Of a stretch of DNA of 54,208 nt, positions 33,492-45,565 are shown piece by piece. The notes beneath the pieces were generated by a model. It made no database searches. It had not been told where the DNA came from and saw nothing but the letters and a program-made list of their open reading frames with translations. The position numbers were made by a program, and so were the translations under genes. Every line of letters begins with the position of its first letter. Positions within the stretch are counted from its first letter, which is position 1. Source of the DNA: an uncultured Myxococcales bacterium (GTDB taxonomy: Bacteria > Myxococcota_A > UBA9160 > SZUA-336); the NCBI GenBank assembly GCA_964582775.1, contig CAZOTO010000004.1, positions 1 to 54,208 on the forward strand, written 5' to 3'.

Positions 33492-36176
33492 ATGCAAGAC
33501 GAGCCACCGGGACCGGACGAGAGACGACAGGGCGGACGCACTGCGAGACTCCTGCGCTGGCTCACGGTGCTGGGGCTCGTCGCAGCCCTCGTCGCGGGAT
33601 TCATGGCCCTGCTACGCCGCGCCGCTCCGGCCACGCAGTTCCTCGCGGGCGCGCTGTCCCGTGTCCTCGATCGACCGGTGGAGATCGACGAGGCCCGGGT
33701 ACACATCGGCACGACCGTGGAGATCACCCTTCGCGGAGTCCGGGTCCTCGATTCCGAAGCCCCCGGCAATCCGCCCCTCTTCGAGGTCGAACGCGCCGAC
33801 GCGCATCAATCGTGGCCGCGGCTGCTCGCGGGGCAGATCGTTCCGGTCGAGTGGAAGATGGAGCGTCCCGTGCTGCGATGGCGAGAAGGCTCCCGAGGGG
33901 GATCGCGCAACTTCGACATTCCGCGGGCGAGCGTGAGGATCACCGATGGTCGCATCGAGTGGACCCGCCCCGGTGCGCGCGTCCCCCTCGTGGTCGAGGA
34001 CCTCGCGGTCGACGTCCGGCCCGTGGGCTTCGCGCGCGACATCGGCGGCCGGGTCGCGGGACGCGTCCACGAGGGGACGCGACTGCTCGGCCAGCTCGAT
34101 CTCGAGCTCCGGGGCTGGATCGACGATCTCGCCCTTCACGGCGACCTCGTGGACGTCGACCTCTCGCTCCTGCCCGCGGCGCCGCTCTCCCTCCGCGGCC
34201 GGGCCCGGGGGAGCATCGCGCTGCGCCAGCGCGATGCGACCGTCGAGGCCCAGGCCGACCTCAGCGCGGAGGCGATGGAGATCATCGTCCCGGGCATCGA
34301 TCGCACCCTGGCTCCCGAGGAGAGTCGCGCCCGGCTCGCCGCCACCTGGCGGCCGGACGAGCTCGACCTGCGCATCGATTCCCTCGTGATCGACGATCTA
34401 CGCGCCCAGGGGGACGTGCACCTGCGCACGGGCGAGAAGGGGCGCCTTCGCGCCAGCCTGCGTGCCGAGCCGTTCGAGCCGGCGAAGTCGCGCACGCGCA
34501 TCGATCCCCTGCGGCTACTCGCGCTGCGCTTCGCCACCTTCGAGCGCATCGATCGTGGCATCGAGGCGGGACGGGTCGAGGACCTGCGCGTCGACGTCGA
34601 CGTCGCGCTCGACCGCCTGGCACGGGTGCTGTCGTTCCAGACGCGCCCCGCTGCGTCGGAGCTCTCGCTCTATCTGCGCGCGCGCGACGGCGTGTTCCGC
34701 CCGGACCCGGACACATCGGCGCTCGAGCGGATTCGCGGCGAGCTCGGCATCCGCGGCAACGTGATCGAGGCCCAGCGCATCGAGATCGAGAGGGATGGCA
34801 AGCCGCTGCCCCGCATCGATGTGCGCATCGATGGCATGGATCGACTCACCCACCTGCCCCGGGAAGAGCGCAAGATTCCCCGGGGACCGGGAGCCTCGCT
34901 CGATGGGCTCGATGCCACCGCAGCGTCGTTCACCCGCTCCAACGGTGAGCCCGCAGCCGAGATCGGCCTGCGCGTGCGCGATGCCGAGATGTACTACACG
35001 CCGCTGCTGCTGCCCCTGCGCGACGCTTCGGCGCGGCTTCGCTTCCCCCCGGGCCAGATCGTGATCGAGGAGGGCCATGGCGTATTCGGCGGCGCACCCG
35101 CTCGCTTCGGGTTCGTGTGGGATCGCGCGAAGTCGCACATCACCGTCGACGTCACGTATCTCGACGGCGAAGCTCCGGCCCCACCCCCCGGCTGGGCCGT
35201 TCCGGACGGCCGGGAAGGGCCGCGCTTCTGGCTGGGCGGCTCGGTCGAGATGGACCGGCTGCCCCTGGGTCCGTGGACGGCGAACGAAGTGACCGCCCGG
35301 GCGAGAGCCACGGGATCGGAGATCGAGCTCACCGAGGTCCGGGGCGTCGCGGCCGGAGGAAGCCTCGCTGCACACGGAACGGTGTCGATCGCCGACCGCA
35401 GCGGCGGCACCTACGGTTTCGACCTCGAGATCGAGGACGCCGACGCTGGCCCGAGCCTCGAACCCTTCTACGGTGCGGATGCGATCACGGGCCAGCTCGG
35501 GGTGCGAGGACGCGTCGAGGGCAGACTCGTCCCGGAGTGGAGCTTCGCGCGCGAGGGGAGCGCCGCGCTCTCGCTGCGCGCTCGCCAGGGCACCCTCACG
35601 AAGCTTCCCGTGCTCGTCGTGCTCGCACGCCTGCCCTCTCTGCAGGGCGTCCGGGGCCTCCTCGGGCGCCCCCTGCCCTACGACGACATCGACGTCGAGC
35701 TCGAGCTCGCCGAGGGGCGTCTGGGGGTACGGGACTTCCGCCTGCTCGGCCCGGAGCTGCGCATCCTCGCAGGTGGCCACATCACGCTCACTTCGAAGCC
35801 GCCCGAAGCAGACATGCTCGTCGCCCTGCTCTTCCTCGAGACCGTCGATCGCGTGATCGGCTCGCTGCCCATCGTGCGCAACCTCATGCTCGGAAAGGAC
35901 GAGAACCTGATCGGGCTCTACCTTCGGCTCACGGGACCCTGGGCCGAACCGCAGGCCAGCATCGTCGCACCCGGAGCGATGCAGACGGCGATCGATTGGG
36001 CGACCACCATCGTCGGAGGCAGCATCAAGCAGCTTCTGCGGCTGAATCCGTTCGGGTCGCGTTCACAGACATCGCCCCCGACGGCCGAGCCTCCGACGCC
36101 ACCCTCCCCCGACGCCACCGCGGAACCCGAGGACAACGATGAAGACCCCTCTCCGAGCCAAGGACAAGATCCGTAG
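33492..36176 (+). CDS. AsmA-like / large envelope-spanning protein with N-terminal membrane anchor
   Basis: The start is taken at the ATG at 33492 (MQDEPPG). It has one TM helix (LLRWLTVLGLVAALVAGFMALL), a long beta-rich repetitive body, and a C-terminal region (LTGPWAEPQASIVAPGAM) resembling the AsmA/YhdP C-terminus. The tail is Pro/Asp/Glu-rich. Confidence 0.55.
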   Translation: MQDEPPGPDERRQGGRTARLLRWLTVLGLVAALVAGFMALLRRAAPATQFLAGALSRVLDRPVEIDEARVHIGTTVEITLRGVRVLDSEAPGNPPLFEVERADAHQSWPRLLAGQIVPVEWKMERPVLRWREGSRGGSRNFDIPRASVRITDGRIEWTRPGARVPLVVEDLAVDVRPVGFARDIGGRVAGRVHEGTRLLGQLDLELRGWIDDLALHGDLVDVDLSLLPAAPLSLRGRARGSIALRQRDATVEAQADLSAEAMEIIVPGIDRTLAPEESRARLAATWRPDELDLRIDSLVIDDLRAQGDVHLRTGEKGRLRASLRAEPFEPAKSRTRIDPLRLLALRFATFERIDRGIEAGRVEDLRVDVDVALDRLARVLSFQTRPAASELSLYLRARDGVFRPDPDTSALERIRGELGIRGNVIEAQRIEIERDGKPLPRIDVRIDGMDRLTHLPREERKIPRGPGASLDGLDATAASFTRSNGEPAAEIGLRVRDAEMYYTPLLLPLRDASARLRFPPGQIVIEEGHGVFGGAPARFGFVWDRAKSHITVDVTYLDGEAPAPPPGWAVPDGREGPRFWLGGSVEMDRLPLGPWTANEVTARARATGSEIELTEVRGVAAGGSLAAHGTVSIADRSGGTYGFDLEIEDADAGPSLEPFYGADAITGQLGVRGRVEGRLVPEWSFAREGSAALSLRARQGTLTKLPVLVVLARLPSLQGVRGLLGRPLPYDDIDVELELAEGRLGVRDFRLLGPELRILAGGHITLTSKPPEADMLVALLFLETVDRVIGSLPIVRNLMLGKDENLIGLYLRLTGPWAEPQASIVAPGAMQTAIDWATTIVGGSIKQLLRLNPFGSRSQTSPPTAEPPTPPSPDATAEPEDNDEDPSPSQGQDP

Positions 36177-36633
36177 CCGGCGCGCCCTGCGCGCATTGAT
36201 CACCGCGCACCGCCGGCGCGGCGAGCGCGTGGTGTTCACGAGCGGCTGCTTCGATCTGCTGCACGTGGGGCACCTGCGCGCCTTCGAGCAAGCGCGCGCG
36301 CTCGGCGACGTGCTCGTGGTGGGCGTGAATCGCGATCGGCGCGTGCGCGAGCTCAAGGGATCGCATCGGCCCATCGTGCCCGAGAGCCAGCGGGCCGAGG
36401 TCGTCGCGGGGCTCGCCGTCGTGGACTACGTGACGCTCTTCGACGAAGACACACCCGTCGAGCTGATCCTCGAGCTCGCGCCCGACGTGGTATGCAAGGG
36501 TGGCGAGTACCGCGGCGCGAATCCGCCAGAGAAGACCGCGATCGAATCCCTGGGCGGGCGCTTCGCGCTCCTGCGCCAGATTCCCGGTGTGCGTACGACG
36601 CGGATCGTCGAGCGGATGCAGCGCCGCCGTTAG
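36139..36633 (+). CDS. hldC: D-glycero-beta-D-manno-heptose 1-phosphate adenylyltransferase (stand-alone RfaE domain II)
   Basis: Cytidylyltransferase motifs are present: VVFTSGCFDLLHVGH and RTTRIVERM. 164 aa. It overlaps the 3' end of the AsmA-like gene by 38 nt. Confidence 0.8.
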   Translation: MKTPLRAKDKIRSRRALRALITAHRRRGERVVFTSGCFDLLHVGHLRAFEQARALGDVLVVGVNRDRRVRELKGSHRPIVPESQRAEVVAGLAVVDYVTLFDEDTPVELILELAPDVVCKGGEYRGANPPEKTAIESLGGRFALLRQIPGVRTTRIVERMQRRR

Positions 36634-37250
36634 CTTCGCGCGACCGGCTCTGCACGCTGCGCGGCCCGCAGCGCGTCGATGTCCTCGGGACGGTTCAGGT
36701 TGCGCAACGAGAGCAGCTCCGGATCCACCGCACGCAGATCCCTGGCCGGGACGAGCAGCGTGTCGCACGCGCGGAGCAGCGCCTGCAGGGACAGCTCCCC
36801 GCGTGCGATACGCCGCTCGATCTCGGGCACGAGGCTCGGCCGGTACACGGCGAGGAGTGGCTCCGGGCCACGATCGCTCATGGGTGCCACGATCTCGGGG
36901 CCGCCGTCCCTCGGCACGAGGGAGAGGAGCGCGAGCACGACTCGCGGCTCGATCCGTGGCAGGTCACAGGCGGCGATCACCATCGCATCCGCCTCGCAAG
37001 CCCGGAGCGCTGCGCAGATCCCGATGAGCGGTGCGCGTTCGGCGTGGCGATCCTCGATGCGCTCGAAGCCGAGGTCGAGATGCCCCTCGGGCCGGCAGAC
37101 GATGCGCACGCGCGCGAGACACGTGCCCAGCGCACGAGCCACGCGATCGACGAGCGGCGTCCCGTCGAGATCGAGGGTGGCCTTGTCGCGTCCCATGCGC
37201 CTCGAGGCGCCTCCGACGAGCACGGCGGCCTCGACGTGCTCGATCCTCAC
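36630..37250 (-). CDS. mobA: Molybdenum cofactor guanylyltransferase
   Basis: GTG at 37250 overlaps the moeA stop (GTGA). Contains AAVLVGGASRRMGRDKA, the MobA signature LAGGxxxRMGxDK, and the ACDLP motif. Confidence 0.8.
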   Translation of the reverse strand: MRIEHVEAAVLVGGASRRMGRDKATLDLDGTPLVDRVARALGTCLARVRIVCRPEGHLDLGFERIEDRHAERAPLIGICAALRACEADAMVIAACDLPRIEPRVVLALLSLVPRDGGPEIVAPMSDRGPEPLLAVYRPSLVPEIERRIARGELSLQALLRACDTLLVPARDLRAVDPELLSLRNLNRPEDIDALRAAQRAEPVARS

Positions 37251-38506
37251 GCGCCGGGCTCTCCCCGAGCGTCGTCGCGATCGAGCCGCTGCACGTGGAT
37301 CGGGCTGCCCGGATCGATGCGGCGCGCCTCCGCCGGAAGGATCGCGAGCGCGTCCGCCCGCACCATCGACAGCAACACGCCCGAGCTCTGGTCGCCGGTG
37401 AGGAACGCGTAGCGCTCGCCCTCGCGCTCCTCGATGCGCACGCGCGCGAACACGGTGCGCCCGGGCTTCTTCTCGTAGCCATCGACGAAGATCGCCGTCT
37501 CGACGGGCCGAAACACGTTTCGGTGTCGCATCATGCGCAGCAGCGCGGGCCGCACGAACTGCTCGAAGGTGACGAGCGTGGACACGGGATTGCCGGGCAG
37601 ACCGAACACGGGCTTGCCCTCGACCATCACGAACGCGAGCGGCGCCCCGGGCTGCATCCGCACCCGCCACAGCCGCATGCGGCCCCCGAGCTCCCCGAGC
37701 ACCTGTTTGATCCAGTCGCGATCTCCCACGGACACGCCGCCGGTGGACACGACCGCGTCGCACGCGAGCGCCTGCTGGAAGCGCGCGCGAATCGCATCCG
37801 GCTCGTCGGGGGCGATGCCGAGGTACACGGGCTCCGCACCGATCGCCCGAAGGGCCGCCACGAGCGCGTAGGAGTTCGAGGTCACGATCCGCCCCGCCGA
37901 GCCGCCCAGCTCCTCGGGCTCGACGAGCTCATCGCCCGTGGCGAGGATCGCCACGCGCGGCCGCACGGACACCCGCACGCTCGCCCGGCCGATCGCGGCG
38001 AGCATGCCCACGAGCGCGGGGCCGATTCGCGTACCGGGCGAGGCGATCGGCGTGCCGGGACGGACATCCGCGCCCGCGCGGCGGATGTTGAGCCCTTCGG
38101 AGGCCGGCACGAGCACCGTCACGCGATCCCCCTCCGCCCTCGTATCCTCGACCCGGACCACGGCGTCCGCACCCTCGGGAATGGCCGCACCCGTCATGAT
38201 GCGGGCGGCTTCGCCCGGGCCGAGCCGACGGGTGCTCGCGCGTCCGGCGGGAAGCTCCTCGACGACGCGAAGCTCGGCGGGCGCACGCGCGGCGTCCTCG
38301 GCGCGCACTGCGAAGCCGTCCATCGCGGAGTTGTCCGCAGGCGGGATGGAGACACCGGAGTGGATCGCCTCGACGAGCACCCGTCCCTGCGCATGGAACA
38401 GCCCGACGACCTCGTCGCCCAGGGGACGCACGGAGCCGAGCACGATGTCGCGCGCCTCGTTGACGCTCACTGCGGTCCGCTCGGGCGTGGGATCGGCCTC
38501 GCGCAT
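37247..38506 (-). CDS. moeA: Molybdopterin molybdenumtransferase
   Basis: ATG at 38506 is preceded by GGGAGGAAGAAGG. Motifs seen: NSAMDGFAV, TGDEL, STGGVSVGDRD and GLPGNPVS. Confidence 0.85.
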   Translation of the reverse strand: MREADPTPERTAVSVNEARDIVLGSVRPLGDEVVGLFHAQGRVLVEAIHSGVSIPPADNSAMDGFAVRAEDAARAPAELRVVEELPAGRASTRRLGPGEAARIMTGAAIPEGADAVVRVEDTRAEGDRVTVLVPASEGLNIRRAGADVRPGTPIASPGTRIGPALVGMLAAIGRASVRVSVRPRVAILATGDELVEPEELGGSAGRIVTSNSYALVAALRAIGAEPVYLGIAPDEPDAIRARFQQALACDAVVSTGGVSVGDRDWIKQVLGELGGRMRLWRVRMQPGAPLAFVMVEGKPVFGLPGNPVSTLVTFEQFVRPALLRMMRHRNVFRPVETAIFVDGYEKKPGRTVFARVRIEEREGERYAFLTGDQSSGVLLSMVRADALAILPAEARRIDPGSPIHVQRLDRDDARGEPGA

Positions 38507-38569
38507 CCTTCTTCCTCCCGGTAGAGTGCCCAATCAATAGGCAACTCTGGCAGGACACGGAAGCGCCCC

Positions 38570-39651
38570 ATGAGCACGAGCTTCGAACGCCTGGACGCCA
38601 TCGTGGGCTCGCTGCAGGTCGGGATCCTGGCCGTGGACGGTGACGGTGCCGTGCAGCTGCAGAATCCCGAGGCGAGCCGGATCCTCGGCGTGTCGTCCGA
38701 GATCACGCTGGGTCGGCCCCTCGCGCTGGCGCTCGGCGCCGACCATCCCGCCGTGCCGTTGCTCGAGCGCGCGCGTCGCACGGAGCGCCCCGTCTCGGCC
38801 CACGCATGCACGCTTCCCTCCCGGTTCGGCGCGGAGCCGCTCGTGGTCGACCTCGCAGCGGCGCCCATCGGTCCCGAGGACGAGAGCGCAGGGGCGGTCC
38901 TTACGCTTCGCGATCGAACGATCGGACGCGAGCTCGAATCCCTCGTCGACCAGCGCACGCGATCCGAGGTGTTCGCGCACCTGGCATCGGGAATCGCGCA
39001 CGAGCTGGGGAATCCCCTCGGTGGCATTCGCGGCGCTGCGGAGCTGCTGCTCGGCAAGCTCCAGGATCCGGCGCTCCGACGCTACCCGGAGCTCATCTGC
39101 GCGGAGACGGACCGCATGCGCCGCCTGCTACGGGATCTCGCGGAGCTCACACCGGGGGGATCCCTGCAGCCGCAGCCGACGAACGTGCACCGCGTGCTCG
39201 ACGACATCCTCGAGCTCCAGCGCCAGGCGTCGGGTTGGAGCGAGATCGACGTGCGACGCGAATACGATCCGAGCATTCCCGAGATCGAGCTCGATCCCGA
39301 CCGCATGACCCAGGTGTTCCTCAACCTGATCCGCAACGCCGTACAGTCCATGCCCCAGGGAGGCACGCTCACGATTCGCACCCGTGTCGAGTCGACCTAC
39401 CAGATCTCTCCCGAGTCGCCGCTGCCTTCGAACATGGTGCGCATCGACATCGAGGACACGGGCAAGGGGATCGCCGAGGAGCACCTCCCTCACATCTTCA
39501 CGCCGTTCTTCACGGGCCGCCCCGAGGGGACGGGTCTCGGACTTCCCATCGCCGAGCACTGGACGGTGCGGCACGGCGGTAGCCTGCAGGTAACGAGCCG
39601 AACCGGCGAGGGCACACGGGCACGCGTGCTCCTGCCCTTGCGAAGGCGGAC

Positions 39652-39655
<4 letters not shown>
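38570..39655 (+). CDS. NtrB-like sensor histidine kinase (PAS-HisKA-HATPase, cytoplasmic)
   Basis: H-box SGIAHELGNPLGGIRG, N-box LNLIRNAVQSM, G-boxes DTGKGI and GTGLGL. No TM segment seen. It overlaps the downstream regulator gene by 4 nt. Confidence 0.8.
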
Positions 39656-41094
<1,439 letters not shown>

Positions 41095-41101
41095 GCGTCG
41101 C

Positions 41102-41776
41102 ATGTTCGCGGAGACCGGATTCCGCGACAAGCAGGCGGCTCTCGCGCGTCTGCGGGGCGTGTACGCGATCGCGGACGACGATCCGCGCTGGCCCCACCCC
41201 GTGCGCGTGCAGATCGAGGCCGCGATCGCCGGCGGCGCCCACGCCGTGCAGATCCGGCTGAAGCACACGACGGATCGCGACGCCGTGGAGCTCGCGCGCT
41301 GGGCGGTGCGCCACGCGCGGCCACGCGGCGTGCTCGTGATCGTGAACGATCGCTTCGATCTGGCAGACCTCGCCGACGCGGATGGCGTGCACCTCGGCCA
41401 GGACGATGCTCCTCCGGATCTCGTTCCCGACGAGATCCGCGCGCGGCGAATCATCGGACGATCGACACACGACGAGGATCAGGTGCGCCGCAGCCTCGAC
41501 GAGCCCGTGGATTACGTGGCCTTCGGGCCCATCTTTGTCACGTCCTCGAAGGAGAGCGCATACGCGCCACGAGGACTCGATCGCTTGCGCGACGCCGTTC
41601 GCATCGCGCATCGGCCCGTGGTCGCGATCGGTGGTATCGACCTCGAGAGAATCGACGGAATCGCGCGCACGGGAGCTCGCGCGGCCGCGGTGATCTCGGC
41701 GATCGCGGCCGCGAAGAACCCCACGCAAGCGACGCGATCGCTCGCAGAGCGCTTCGCTGCGGCCACCGGACACTAG
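41102..41776 (+). CDS. thiE: Thiamine-phosphate synthase
   Basis: Motifs seen: VQIRLK, VNDRFDLA, DGVHLGQDD, DYVAFGPIF and AIGGI. Confidence 0.85.
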   Translation: MFAETGFRDKQAALARLRGVYAIADDDPRWPHPVRVQIEAAIAGGAHAVQIRLKHTTDRDAVELARWAVRHARPRGVLVIVNDRFDLADLADADGVHLGQDDAPPDLVPDEIRARRIIGRSTHDEDQVRRSLDEPVDYVAFGPIFVTSSKESAYAPRGLDRLRDAVRIAHRPVVAIGGIDLERIDGIARTGARAAAVISAIAAAKNPTQATRSLAERFAAATGH

Positions 41777-41777
41777 C

Positions 41778-43028
41778 GTGGAGCGGTGGGTGGGGCTTCT
41801 CGGCATTGCGACCCTGCTCGGTGTCGCCTATGCCTCGTCGACGAATCGACGCGCCATCGTCTGGCGGCCGATCTGGGTCGCGCTCCTGCTGCAGCTCTCG
41901 CTCGCGTGGATCGCGCTGCGAACTCCCGTGGGCACCGAGGCGTTTCGCCTGGCAAACCTGGCCGCAGCGGCTTTCATCTCGGCGGCCGACGCCGGCATCG
42001 ACTTCCTCTTCGGGCGATGGCCCGAGGCGATCATGGGCGCGAGCGGCGAGCCAGTGCACGTTCCCTACTCGTTTGCGGTCCGCGTCCTGCCCATTCTCGT
42101 GTTCATGAGCAGCGTGTTCTCGGTGCTCTTCCACTTCGAGATCCTGCCGCGCATCGTCTCGTTGCTCGCGCGGTCGCTGCGTCACGTGATGAGGATCAGC
42201 GGCGCCGAGTCGCTGGCGACCATCGCGAATGTCTTCCTAGGAATGACCGAGGCGCCTCTCATGATCCGACCGTACATGGACCGGCTCACCCGCAGCGAGC
42301 TGTTCTGCGTGATGACGGCAGGGCTCGCAACCGTCGCCGGCACCGTGCTCGTCGCCTACATGGGCATGGTGGGGCCCGAATTCGCCGGGCATCTCGCCGT
42401 CGCGGGCTTCCTGTCCGCGCCCGCTGCCATCGCCATTGCGAAGATCATGGTTCCGGAGGAGGGCGTCCCGGAGTCGCTCGGGCATGCGCGCATCCACTTT
42501 CCGCGCGAGACGGTGAACGCGATCGATGCCGCGGCGAGTGGCGCCATCGTGGGGGTGCAGCTCGCGATCCAGATCGGGGCGATGCTGATCGCTTTCGTCG
42601 CGATCGTGTACATGATCGACGCGGGCGTCGCCCGCATCGGAGCTGCCTTCGGCTTCTCGGACGCGAGCCTTGCAAGCCTGCTCGGCCGCGCCTTGGCGCC
42701 GCTCGCGTGGCTACTCGGTGTGCGCTGGGAGGACGCCGCCTCGGTGGGGCAGCTGCTCGGAGTGAAGACCGTGCTGAACGAGTTCCTCGCGTTCCAGATG
42801 CTCTCCGAGGGGAAGGACTCGCTTGCTCCCCGCTCCGTCGTGATCGCGAGCTACGCGCTGTGTGGCTTCGCCAACCTGGGATCGCTCGCGATCCTGATCG
42901 GAGGACTCGGAGGCATCGCACCCGGCCGGCGCCACGACGTGGCGCGCGACTCCGTGCGTGCGCTCGTCGCAGGATCCCTCGCCACCTTCCTCACGGGGGC
43001 CGTGGCGGGGATCCTGTTCCGCGGCTGA
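41778..43028 (+). CDS. nupC: NupC/NupG family concentrative nucleoside transporter
   Basis: GTG start 1 nt after the thiE stop. Polytopic 416-aa protein with GAESLATIANVFLGMTEAPL, NEFLAF and ALCGFANLGS motifs. Confidence 0.85.
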   Translation: MERWVGLLGIATLLGVAYASSTNRRAIVWRPIWVALLLQLSLAWIALRTPVGTEAFRLANLAAAAFISAADAGIDFLFGRWPEAIMGASGEPVHVPYSFAVRVLPILVFMSSVFSVLFHFEILPRIVSLLARSLRHVMRISGAESLATIANVFLGMTEAPLMIRPYMDRLTRSELFCVMTAGLATVAGTVLVAYMGMVGPEFAGHLAVAGFLSAPAAIAIAKIMVPEEGVPESLGHARIHFPRETVNAIDAAASGAIVGVQLAIQIGAMLIAFVAIVYMIDAGVARIGAAFGFSDASLASLLGRALAPLAWLLGVRWEDAASVGQLLGVKTVLNEFLAFQMLSEGKDSLAPRSVVIASYALCGFANLGSLAILIGGLGGIAPGRRHDVARDSVRALVAGSLATFLTGAVAGILFRG

Positions 43029-43067
43029 TCGGAGCGGCCACTCCCGTAGTGTGCGGCCGCGGCCGGC

Positions 43068-44873
43068 TCAGACCTTGAACTGACCCACCAAGCCGTTCAG
43101 CGCGCTCGCGAAGCGGGAGATCTCCTGCGAGGTCTCGTGCACTTGGCTCGCGTCCACCGCGGACTCCGACGCCGCGTCACGCACGCCGTCGATGTTGCCC
43201 GATACCTCGCGCGCACCGGAGGCGGCCTGCGCCACGTTCTGCGTGATGTCTGCGATGCGTGCTGCCATCTCGGCAGCGTTGCGTGCGACATCGCGCGACG
43301 CAGTTCCGGCCTCTGCGATGATCTGGTTCACGCGCTTGATCATGGCGGCCGACTCCGACATCGAAGAGTTGGCCCGCGCCGCGGCCTCGGACTGCCCCTC
43401 GACGGACTTCGCGATCTCGCCGCTGATCGAGTTGAGCTCGCTCAGCACCTCGATGATCGCCTTGATCGAGCTCACGGTCTGCCCGGTGTACGACTGCATC
43501 TCCGAGATTCGCGTCTCGATCTGCTTGGTCGCATTCGTCGTCTCGCGCGCGAGCTCCTTCACCTCGTTCGCGACGACCGCGAAGCCGCGCCCTGCCTCGC
43601 CTGCGCTCGCCGCCTCGATCGTCGCGTTGAGCGAGAGCAGATTCGTCTGGTCGGCCACGTCGCGAATGAGCTCGAGTACCGCGCCGCTGGCCTGCGCGCT
43701 CTCGGAGAGCTCCTTCATCAGACTCTCGACGGGGCGCGCGTTGTCGACTCCCTTTCGGCTCACCTGTGCCGCCTGCTCCGTGTTCGACAGGATGCTCGAG
43801 AGACCCCCGGAGATGCGCCGGATCTCGTCTTCGACACGTGCGGCCGCCTCGACGACCGCCGCGGTGTCCTTCACGACGGACTCCATGCTGACGCTCATCT
43901 CCTCCGACGCGCCCGCCACGGCGTCCACGCTGGACTTCGCCTCGCGTGCGGCCTCGGACACGACATCGACGTTGCGAGCCATCTCGCTCGTGCGGACTGC
44001 GACCGCGGATGCTCGCTGCGTCACCCGCTCGGCATTGGAGGTCAGGCGATCCGAGAGCGTGGACAGCTGGACGGATGTGCCGGCGAGCGTCTCCGCGTTG
44101 CGGGCGACCTCCCGAACGATGCCGTGCAGCTTGGCCACGAAGGCGTTGAAGTGTCGCGCGAGACGGCCGATCTCGTCCTGGCTCTCGACCGAGAGGCGGA
44201 AGGTGAAATCTCCCGCGCCGCTCTCCAGATCCTTCATCGCATCGGCCACGCGCTCGATCGGTCCCGCGATCGAGCTTCCGACGAAGTAGCCGAGACCCGC
44301 GATCAGCACGAAGGCGACGAGCGACGCGACGATCGACGTCCATTGGTTCGCCGTCACGTACCCGCGCAGGGATTTCTCCGAGAACTCGATCGTCACGAGG
44401 CCCTGCAGCTTCGATCCGGAGTACACGGGCTGCGTCACGACGAGGACCTCCCGGTCCCTGTCGCGCTCGATGCGGGTATGGCGGTCCGCGACGGACGACG
44501 CCGACCGCGCCGACTCGTCCTGGTAGCCGTCGAGGCGCTTGCCCGTGTCGTCGTAGACGGACACCCGGATCACCTCGATCTTGGAGACGTTCTCTCCGCT
44601 CTCTCGCCCCGATCGATTCGCCTTCTGCCCCTTGCCCGCCAGATTCTCGATCGCCGTCGCGAGGATCTGCTCACCGCCGAAACCGAGCGAATCGTACGCG
44701 GGCTCGATGTTGGCTGCGAAGAGCTCCGCGATGCTCGCCGATGCCTCCGACATCAGGTCCTCGCCCATCTTCGAGGCCTGTCGCGGAAAGAACAAGCTCA
44801 TGAAGGCGGCGAAGACGACGCCGACGGACACCATGTAGACGATGATGCGAAGCTTGATGGTGAGATTCTGCAC
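43068..44873 (-). CDS. Methyl-accepting chemotaxis protein (two TM, about 150-aa periplasmic region, HAMP, MA domain)
   Basis: Has a HAMP domain ([23 protein letters not shown] ... [11 protein letters not shown]) and the highly conserved signalling hairpin ([35 protein letters not shown]). Confidence 0.9.
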   Translation of the reverse strand: MQNLTIKLRIIVYMVSVGVVFAAFMSLFFPRQASKMGEDLMSEASASIAELFAANIEPAYDSLGFGGEQILATAIENLAGKGQKANRSGRESGENVSKIEVIRVSVYDDTGKRLDGYQDESARSASSVADRHTRIERDRDREVLVVTQPVYSGSKLQGLVTIEFSEKSLRGYVTANQWTSIVASLVAFVLIAGLGYFVGSSIAGPIERVADAMKDLESGAGDFTFRLSVESQDEIGRLARHFNAFVAKLHGIVREVARNAETLAGTSVQLSTLSDRLTSNAERVTQRASAVAVRTSEMARNVDVVSEAAREAKSSVDAVAGASEEMSVSMESVVKDTAAVVEAAARVEDEIRRISGGLSSILSNTEQAAQVSRKGVDNARPVESLMKELSESAQASGAVLELIRDVADQTNLLSLNATIEAASAGEAGRGFAVVANEVKELARETTNATKQIETRISEMQSYTGQTVSSIKAIIEVLSELNSISGEIAKSVEGQSEAAARANSSMSESAAMIKRVNQIIAEAGTASRDVARNAAEMAARIADITQNVAQAASGAREVSGNIDGVRDAASESAVDASQVHETSQEISRFASALNGLVGQFKV

Positions 44874-44903
44874 GCGCGGCTCCCTCCCCTGACCGGATCC
44901 GAA

Positions 44904-45440
44904 CTACTTCACCTTCTTGGCGATCTTCAGGATGTTCGGATTCCAGGAGATCCCCTCGGCGTCCGAGGCCTGGAGGTTCAGCAGAATCTTCGGCTTGTTC
45001 GCCTCGACACCGACGCCGAGCGAGATGCCGTTCTCGACGTAGCTCGCCACATTGGTGGTGCTGAGCACCTTGGCGCCCTGTGCGTACTTCGACGCCGCAG
45101 CGGGATCGCAGCTCGGACCGCAGAACAGAACCGTCGGCTTCACGGTCGGCGGCATCGCATCGACCTTCACCACCTGGCTCACGGAGAGCGACGACTCCTT
45201 GGAAATGGCCTGGCCCTTGAGCTGGCTGAACGCGTCGAACGCGGCGTCGGAGCCATGCACCCCGACGACGATGCCGCCGCCAGCGCGCGACGGGAGACCC
45301 TCGTCCATCGCGAGCACCTTCACGATGATCTTCGCAGCAAGTGCCGGATCCACATCGGCTCCCGCCGGGGCACCGCTCGCCTGGATGCAGATCGAGCCGC
45401 TCACCACCAGCGCCGCCATCCACTTACTCGTATGCCTCAT
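44904..45440 (-). CDS. Secreted YfiR-like (DUF4154) protein
   Basis: 178 aa with a signal peptide (MAALVVSGSICIQASGA). The C-terminal pattern (GISLGVGVEANKPKILLNLQASDAEGISWNPNILKIAKKV) resembles the DUF4154/YfiR family end. The gene sits between a TonB-dependent receptor and a signalling protein, as is typical for DUF4154. Confidence 0.55.
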   Translation of the reverse strand: MRHTSKWMAALVVSGSICIQASGAPAGADVDPALAAKIIVKVLAMDEGLPSRAGGGIVVGVHGSDAAFDAFSQLKGQAISKESSLSVSQVVKVDAMPPTVKPTVLFCGPSCDPAAASKYAQGAKVLSTTNVASYVENGISLGVGVEANKPKILLNLQASDAEGISWNPNILKIAKKVK

Positions 45441-45536
45441 CTGCCCGCCCTTTCCGCACTTCGTTCGTCAGCAGCACATCGGCTGCAGTCTGGTTTTCGG
45501 TCGCGTGCCATCGGTTTTTAACCGTAGGAATGAAGA

Positions 45537-45562
45537 GGGTCCCGGGGCTCCCCCCGGGATCC
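45537..45562 (-). terminator. GC-rich hairpin immediately after the TonB-dependent receptor stop (attenuator or partial terminator)
   Basis: GGGTCCCGGGG-CTCC-CCCCGGGATCC forms 8 bp, one mismatch, then 2 bp. It is followed on the transcribed strand by CUCUUCAUUCC, a weak U-tract. Confidence 0.3.
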
Positions 45563-45565
45563 CCC

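Noticed and set aside
38540-38569. CTGGCAGGACACGGAAGCG upstream of the NtrB-like gene as a sigma-54 promoter
   Set aside because: The GG and GC dinucleotides are separated by 12 nt rather than 10, which is incompatible with the consensus spacing.
45493-45510. TGGCACGCGACCGAAAACC (minus strand) between the receptor and the DUF4154-like gene as a sigma-54 promoter
   Set aside because: The -24 half matches, but no GC/TTGC element is present at the required -12 spacing.
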